Shown: positions 59,737-64,000 of the stretch, piece by piece | Position numbering within the stretch: the stretch's first letter is position 1 | Layout of the letters: each line of letters begins with the position of its first letter | From: Acidobacteriota bacterium | GTDB taxonomy: Bacteria; Acidobacteriota; UBA890; WLXD01 | Assembly: GCA_965248695.1 (NCBI GenBank) | Contig: CBDFKD010000002.1 | Span: 5,504,001-5,568,000, forward strand | Reading direction: 5' to 3' | DNA: 64,000 nt | Position numbers and translations under genes: made by a program | Notes under the pieces: generated by a model | What the model was told of the DNA's origin: nothing | Seen by the model: only the letters and a program-made list of their open reading frames with translations | Database searches by the model: none

Positions 59737-60675
59737 TCAGTTCGTCGCTCGCAGCCAGTTCCAGTGGCTTGCGATCCCGTCTTCAAGCTGTGTCGAGGGT
59801 ACAAAGTCTAGGTCGCTGCTGGCACGTCGCGTATCGGCCAGGGTGTGGCCGACATCACCGTGCTGCACCCCCGTTCGCTGCACCTCGAGTCGACTTCCGG
59901 TCACGGCTTCGATGACCTCGATGAGGCGATTCACCGTTACCGTGCTCCCCCCTCCGACATTATACACAGCACCTGGTCGGCCCCGATCGGCCGCACGCAG
60001 CGTCGCCTCCACGGTGTCGTCGACGTAGGTGAAGTCGCGCGTCTGCTCCCCGTCTCCGAACAGCGTGATCGGGGTGCCTTCGCGGCCCGCGGTCAGAAAC
60101 CGCTGGATCGCCATGTCCGGCCTCTGTCGGGGGCCATACACGGTGAAGTAACGCAGGCTCACGGTCGGAACGCCATAGTTACGGTAATAAAGACGGACCA
60201 GGTGTTCCCCGGCGAGCTTGGTGACGCCGTAGGGAGAGTGCGGCCGCTCGCGCGCCGTCTCCGCCATTGGCAGCACGTCGGTGTCCCCGTATACCGACGA
60301 GGACGAGGCGTAGGCGAAGCGCTCGATGCCGACGATGCGAGCCGCTTCCAGGATTCGCTGGGTGGCGTAGACGTTGTGGGCGGCGTAGTCCTCGAAGCTC
60401 GCGCCCCATGACGACCGCACGCCGGGCAGCGCCGCGAGGTGAAAGACGCGATCCGAATGCGCCATCAGCGGCTCGATGTCGAGGTTCTCGATCATCCCAT
60501 CGACGAGGGAAAAGCCGGGGTCGGAGAGCAGCGTCTGCAGGTTGGCGCGTTTGAGCGGCTCCGCATAGTTGTTGACGAAGCCGTCCACGCCGACGACCTG
60601 GTGGCCATCGGCAAGCAGTCGTTGCGCCAGTGTCGATGCGATGAACCCCGCAACACCGGTAACCAGGCAGCGCAT
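59737..60675 (-). CDS. NAD-dependent epimerase/dehydratase (UDP-glucuronate/UDP-glucose 4-epimerase-like)
   Basis: VTGVAGFIAS, HLAALPGVR, SSSSVYG, YGVTK, RYFTVYGPRQRPDM. Confidence 0.92.
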   Translation of the reverse strand: MRCLVTGVAGFIASTLAQRLLADGHQVVGVDGFVNNYAEPLKRANLQTLLSDPGFSLVDGMIENLDIEPLMAHSDRVFHLAALPGVRSSWGASFEDYAAHNVYATQRILEAARIVGIERFAYASSSSVYGDTDVLPMAETARERPHSPYGVTKLAGEHLVRLYYRNYGVPTVSLRYFTVYGPRQRPDMAIQRFLTAGREGTPITLFGDGEQTRDFTYVDDTVEATLRAADRGRPGAVYNVGGGSTVTVNRLIEVIEAVTGSRLEVQRTGVQHGDVGHTLADTRRASSDLDFVPSTQLEDGIASHWNWLRATN

Positions 60676-60677
60676 GG

Positions 60678-61343
60678 TCAGCCCGAGGCGGCTGCGGCAC
60701 GGATGGCGCCGGCCGCGGCGATCGGGTCCGCTGCCTTGACGATCGCTGACCCCGCTACCAACACGGTGGCCCCGGCAACGACGCATTCACCAGCGTTGCT
60801 GGCGTCGACACCGCCGTCGACCTCGATATCCACGCCGGTAAGCCCGGCTTCGTCGAGGTAGCGGCGCACCGTGGCGATCTTCTCCACCGACGACGGCAGG
60901 AAGCTCTGACCTCCGTACCCGGGATTGACCGTCATCACGACGACGAAATCGCCCTCCTGCAGCGCGTACTCGAGTCCGACCGGTGAGGTCGCCGGATTGA
61001 GTGCCACGCCGGCGCGGGCTCCGCACTCCCGCACCTGACTGACGACGCGCTCCAAGTGGACGGTGGCCTCGGCGTGGACGCTGATCCAGTCAGCTCCGGC
61101 GGAGCGATAACTCTCTACCCAGGCGCCCGGATCCGACACCATGAGATGGACGTCGAGCGGCTTGGAGGTGCGCGGCCGCAAACCCTCGACAACGGCAGGC
61201 CCCATCGAGATATTGGGAACGAAGTGGCCATCCATAACGTCGACGTGGAACACATCGCAATGCTCGTCGAGACGTTCGACGGTCGTGGCCATATCGGTCT
61301 GATCGGCGGCCAGGAGCGACGGCGCTACCAGCAGGCGACTCAC
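60678..61343 (-). CDS. rpe: Ribulose-phosphate 3-epimerase
   Basis: APSLLAAD, HVDVMDGHFVPN, DVHLM, MTVNPGYGGQ, EVDGG, VAGSAI. Confidence 0.96.
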   Translation of the reverse strand: MSRLLVAPSLLAADQTDMATTVERLDEHCDVFHVDVMDGHFVPNISMGPAVVEGLRPRTSKPLDVHLMVSDPGAWVESYRSAGADWISVHAEATVHLERVVSQVRECGARAGVALNPATSPVGLEYALQEGDFVVVMTVNPGYGGQSFLPSSVEKIATVRRYLDEAGLTGVDIEVDGGVDASNAGECVVAGATVLVAGSAIVKAADPIAAAGAIRAAAASG

Positions 61344-62068
61344 CGGCTCACCCGCAGCGTGATCTGGCCGCCAGCGGCGATCTTGAAGCCCGGGAACGGC
61401 AGCTGGCCGACGATGGTCCCGGGTGGGATGTTAGCCACCTCGCGACGATTGGGTTCCTCGCTCACCCGAAAGCCACGGGCCTCTAAGAAGGGACGCACCT
61501 CGCGCACTGGCAGCGACACCACATTGGCCATCACGTAGTAGCGCGTCGGCGGGCCTAGCGACGCCAGCAAGCGCAGCGGCAGCACCTCGCCGGGGGGCAG
61601 CTCGTCCGGATCGGGCTCCTGGCCGATGACCGTACCGCGGGGCACCTCTTGGCTTGGTGCCAGCGCCACATATTCGACCTCGAACCCTTGTTGCTGGAGC
61701 GCAATCTCGGCGCGCGACCGGGTCTCGCCCACCATCGACTGCAGCGTCAGCGCCCGCGGCCCAGTGGACAGCATCAGCCGCACGTTCCGTACCCGCTTCA
61801 CCGGCGTCCCCGAACCTGGATCCTGTCGCGCCACGTGATTGGCCGGGATCTCGGCCATCTCCATGAGGTCATCGTCCAGGTCGGCGTGCATGCCGACGGC
61901 AGCAAGTTGCGCCAAAGCAGCTTCTACGGAAAGACCGACCACGTCCGGCACACGGTCGGCGGGACCGCCAACGGCGATGCGCGTCGCCAGCCAGCCGCCT
62001 ACAACAAACAGCACGCCGCACACGGGCAACAGGATCGCAAGTCGCAGGACGGACGCGAATCGGGACAT
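61340..62068 (-). CDS. PASTA domain-containing membrane protein
   Basis: One TM then three PASTA-like repeats (VPDVVGLS, ARQDP, VIGQEP, VGQLP). Confidence 0.82.
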   Translation of the reverse strand: MSRFASVLRLAILLPVCGVLFVVGGWLATRIAVGGPADRVPDVVGLSVEAALAQLAAVGMHADLDDDLMEMAEIPANHVARQDPGSGTPVKRVRNVRLMLSTGPRALTLQSMVGETRSRAEIALQQQGFEVEYVALAPSQEVPRGTVIGQEPDPDELPPGEVLPLRLLASLGPPTRYYVMANVVSLPVREVRPFLEARGFRVSEEPNRREVANIPPGTIVGQLPFPGFKIAAGGQITLRVSR

Positions 62069-62171
62069 CAGGGATGCCACGGAAGAGCGGGGTTTGCGGC
62101 GCAGGAGGCGCCCGGCGTGAAGTGTCCGCCAGCGCGTAGCCGGCAGGGCCGAGTATACCACGGCCGCCGCC

Positions 62172-63515
62172 TCACTTTCGGGACTCCCGGCGCAGCAGGA
62201 CGGCGAAAAACCCGTCCAGCCAGGGCATCGTCGGATAGGTGCGGAAGAAGCCGTCGTCCCCGATGGCGTCGACCGCGGGACCGCCCACCGCGGCGAGATC
62301 GAACGCCTCCGTTCGGACATCGCCGTGGGCGCCGACAACGGCAGCGATGACCGCCTCGTTCTCTTCTTCCTCCGTCGAGCAGGTGACATAGAGCAGCAGA
62401 CCGCCGGTCGCCAGCGTGGCTAGCGCCCGCGTCAGCAGCTGCCGCTGACGGCGGGCCAGGCCGGGTAGCCGATCTGCATCTAGGCGCCACTTGATCTCCG
62501 GATGCCGGCGGACGGTCCCGAGGCCCGAGCACGGGGCGTCGAGGAGGATCCGATCCACCCGACCCTGGACTGGCAAGGTGGCCGTCAGGTCTGCACACGC
62601 CGGCAACACCTCGGGTGTGCCGGCACGCGATGCAGCGGCGGTCGTGTCGGCCAGGCTACGGGGCTCAATGTCGAGCGCCAGCACTCCAGCGGCCCCGGAC
62701 TCGGCGAGCTGAATCGATTTCCCGCCGCGACCGGCGCAGGCATCGATCGTCCAGCCGGCGCCCGGCGGGAGCAAGCCGGTGACCATCTGCGCGGCCTCGC
62801 TCCGTGGTGTGACAAGGCCCTGGTGCACCGCATCGCAGCCGGCGAGCGAACCGGCAGTGACACGGATGCAATGGTCCAGGGTCGGACTGGGCTCGGCCTC
62901 GATTCCGGCCGCTTCCAGCTGCTCCAGGGCCTGCGGCGTCGACACCACCCGACGGTGCACCCGCAGCGCACGCGGCGCCGGCTCGAGCGCCGCCTGCCAC
63001 CAGGCCTCGGCGGCCGGCTCACCGTGGCGACGGATCCAGCGGGCCGCTAGCCAGGGCGGAATGTCGAGCCGAGCGGCCAGCGAACCGTCGCCCGGGTCGA
63101 CCGTGGCGCCGGCGCGCAACCAGGCCCTGAGCACCCCGTTGACGAGTCCGGCCGCCCTTCGTCTACGCTGCTTCAGCGCCTCGACGGTGGCGAAGACGGC
63201 GGCATGCGGTGGCACCGAGCGCAGGAAAGCGCACTGATATGCGGCCAGCCGCAGCGCGCAGCGCACCACCGGCTCCAAACGACCCCACGGCTGGTTGCAA
63301 TGCCGCGCCAGCGTGCGGTCCAGCGTCGCCTGTCGACGCAGGGGACCGTAGACGATCTCGGTTGCCAGCCGTCGATCCCGATCCCCGAGCGCCGATGCAG
63401 ACAGCGCAATATCCAGCAGACGGTCACTGCGCCCGCCACGTTCGACTCCCACGAGCACCCCCAACGCCAGCTCGCGGCACGCCACGCCGAGCGCCTCGCG
63501 CCCCATGGCGCTCAA
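62172..63515 (-). CDS. rsmB: 16S rRNA m5C967 methyltransferase
   Basis: NusB-like N-terminus, DACAGRGGKS, LLDAPCSGLGT, YVTCS, EENE, DGFF. Confidence 0.92.
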   Translation of the reverse strand: MSAMGREALGVACRELALGVLVGVERGGRSDRLLDIALSASALGDRDRRLATEIVYGPLRRQATLDRTLARHCNQPWGRLEPVVRCALRLAAYQCAFLRSVPPHAAVFATVEALKQRRRRAAGLVNGVLRAWLRAGATVDPGDGSLAARLDIPPWLAARWIRRHGEPAAEAWWQAALEPAPRALRVHRRVVSTPQALEQLEAAGIEAEPSPTLDHCIRVTAGSLAGCDAVHQGLVTPRSEAAQMVTGLLPPGAGWTIDACAGRGGKSIQLAESGAAGVLALDIEPRSLADTTAAASRAGTPEVLPACADLTATLPVQGRVDRILLDAPCSGLGTVRRHPEIKWRLDADRLPGLARRQRQLLTRALATLATGGLLLYVTCSTEEEENEAVIAAVVGAHGDVRTEAFDLAAVGGPAVDAIGDDGFFRTYPTMPWLDGFFAVLLRRESRK

Positions 63516-64000
63516 CTCGACGGAGCCTCGCCGAAACGCTCGCCGGGCACGACGGCGAACCCGCGCACGAACTCCATCGGCGGCAGGCGACGTCCCCCGG
63601 CCCGTTGCAGCTCGAGCAACTGCAAACTCTCACCGTCGCCACAGCCCACCAGCAGAGCGTCGGCGCGGACTTCAATCTCGCCGGGTTGCAGCGCGCTCGG
63701 CGGCCCGATCTCAGCTCGCCACACCTGAAGCCGCGTACCACGCAACTCGGAGAAAGCAGCCGGCCAGGGGTTCATGGCGCGCACGTGTCGATGAATGTGC
63801 TGCGCGCTCCGATCCCACTCGATGCGCCCGTCGGACTTGCGCAACAAGCGCGTCACGGTTGCCGCGGACTCGTCCTGAGGCAGGGGGTCGAGACGCCCGT
63901 CCGCCAGCCCACGCACCGTGCGTGAAGCCAGTGACGCGCCGACCCCCGCAAGGCGATCGCCGAGGGATGCGACCGTGTCGTCGACGCCTACCGCTACCTC
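63512..64000 (-). CDS. fmt: Methionyl-tRNA formyltransferase, C-terminal part (runs off the window)
   Basis: PQDESAAT, KSDGRIEW, RAMNPWP, VGCGDG, ELQRAG; fmt-rsmB-PASTA-rpe synteny. Confidence 0.9.
   Translation of the reverse strand, partial: EVAVGVDDTVASLGDRLAGVGASLASRTVRGLADGRLDPLPQDESAATVTRLLRKSDGRIEWDRSAQHIHRHVRAMNPWPAAFSELRGTRLQVWRAEIGPPSALQPGEIEVRADALLVGCGDGESLQLLELQRAGGRRLPPMEFVRGFAVVPGERFGEAPSS

Overview
GC-rich bacterial chromosome segment, most likely Acidobacteriota (inferred from a GWxTD-domain protein, an acidobacterial VWA protein, an ADOP-permease relic, an orphan ABC ATPase and a BlaI/M56-HEAT pair). 1-36.9 kb is core and metabolic sequence: NCS2 permease, Pal, a cyanophycin operon (cphB, frameshifted cphA, and a CphA paralog lacking the ATP-grasp domain), BlaI/BlaR-like pair, solA, ECF sigma/NrsF/Crp, aceE-aceF-lpdA, and an apparently exported adenosine deaminase plus nucleoside phosphorylase. 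Three ~280-290 bp CTAG-bounded inverted-repeat elements (MITE-like) sit at gene ends in this part. 37.0-55.4 kb is a mosaic accessory island ending at tRNA-Sec (selC). It holds IS256, two inverted IS3 copies, a large adhesin, a Tat-exported spermidine-dehydrogenase-like enzyme, higBA and many short relics (pcm, ADOP, kinase, integrase, DNA methylase). 55.4-64 kb is core again: tRNA-Sec, tRNA-Ala, thiD, bamD, epimerase, rpe, PASTA protein, rsmB, fmt. All calls come from reading motifs by eye; no searches were run.
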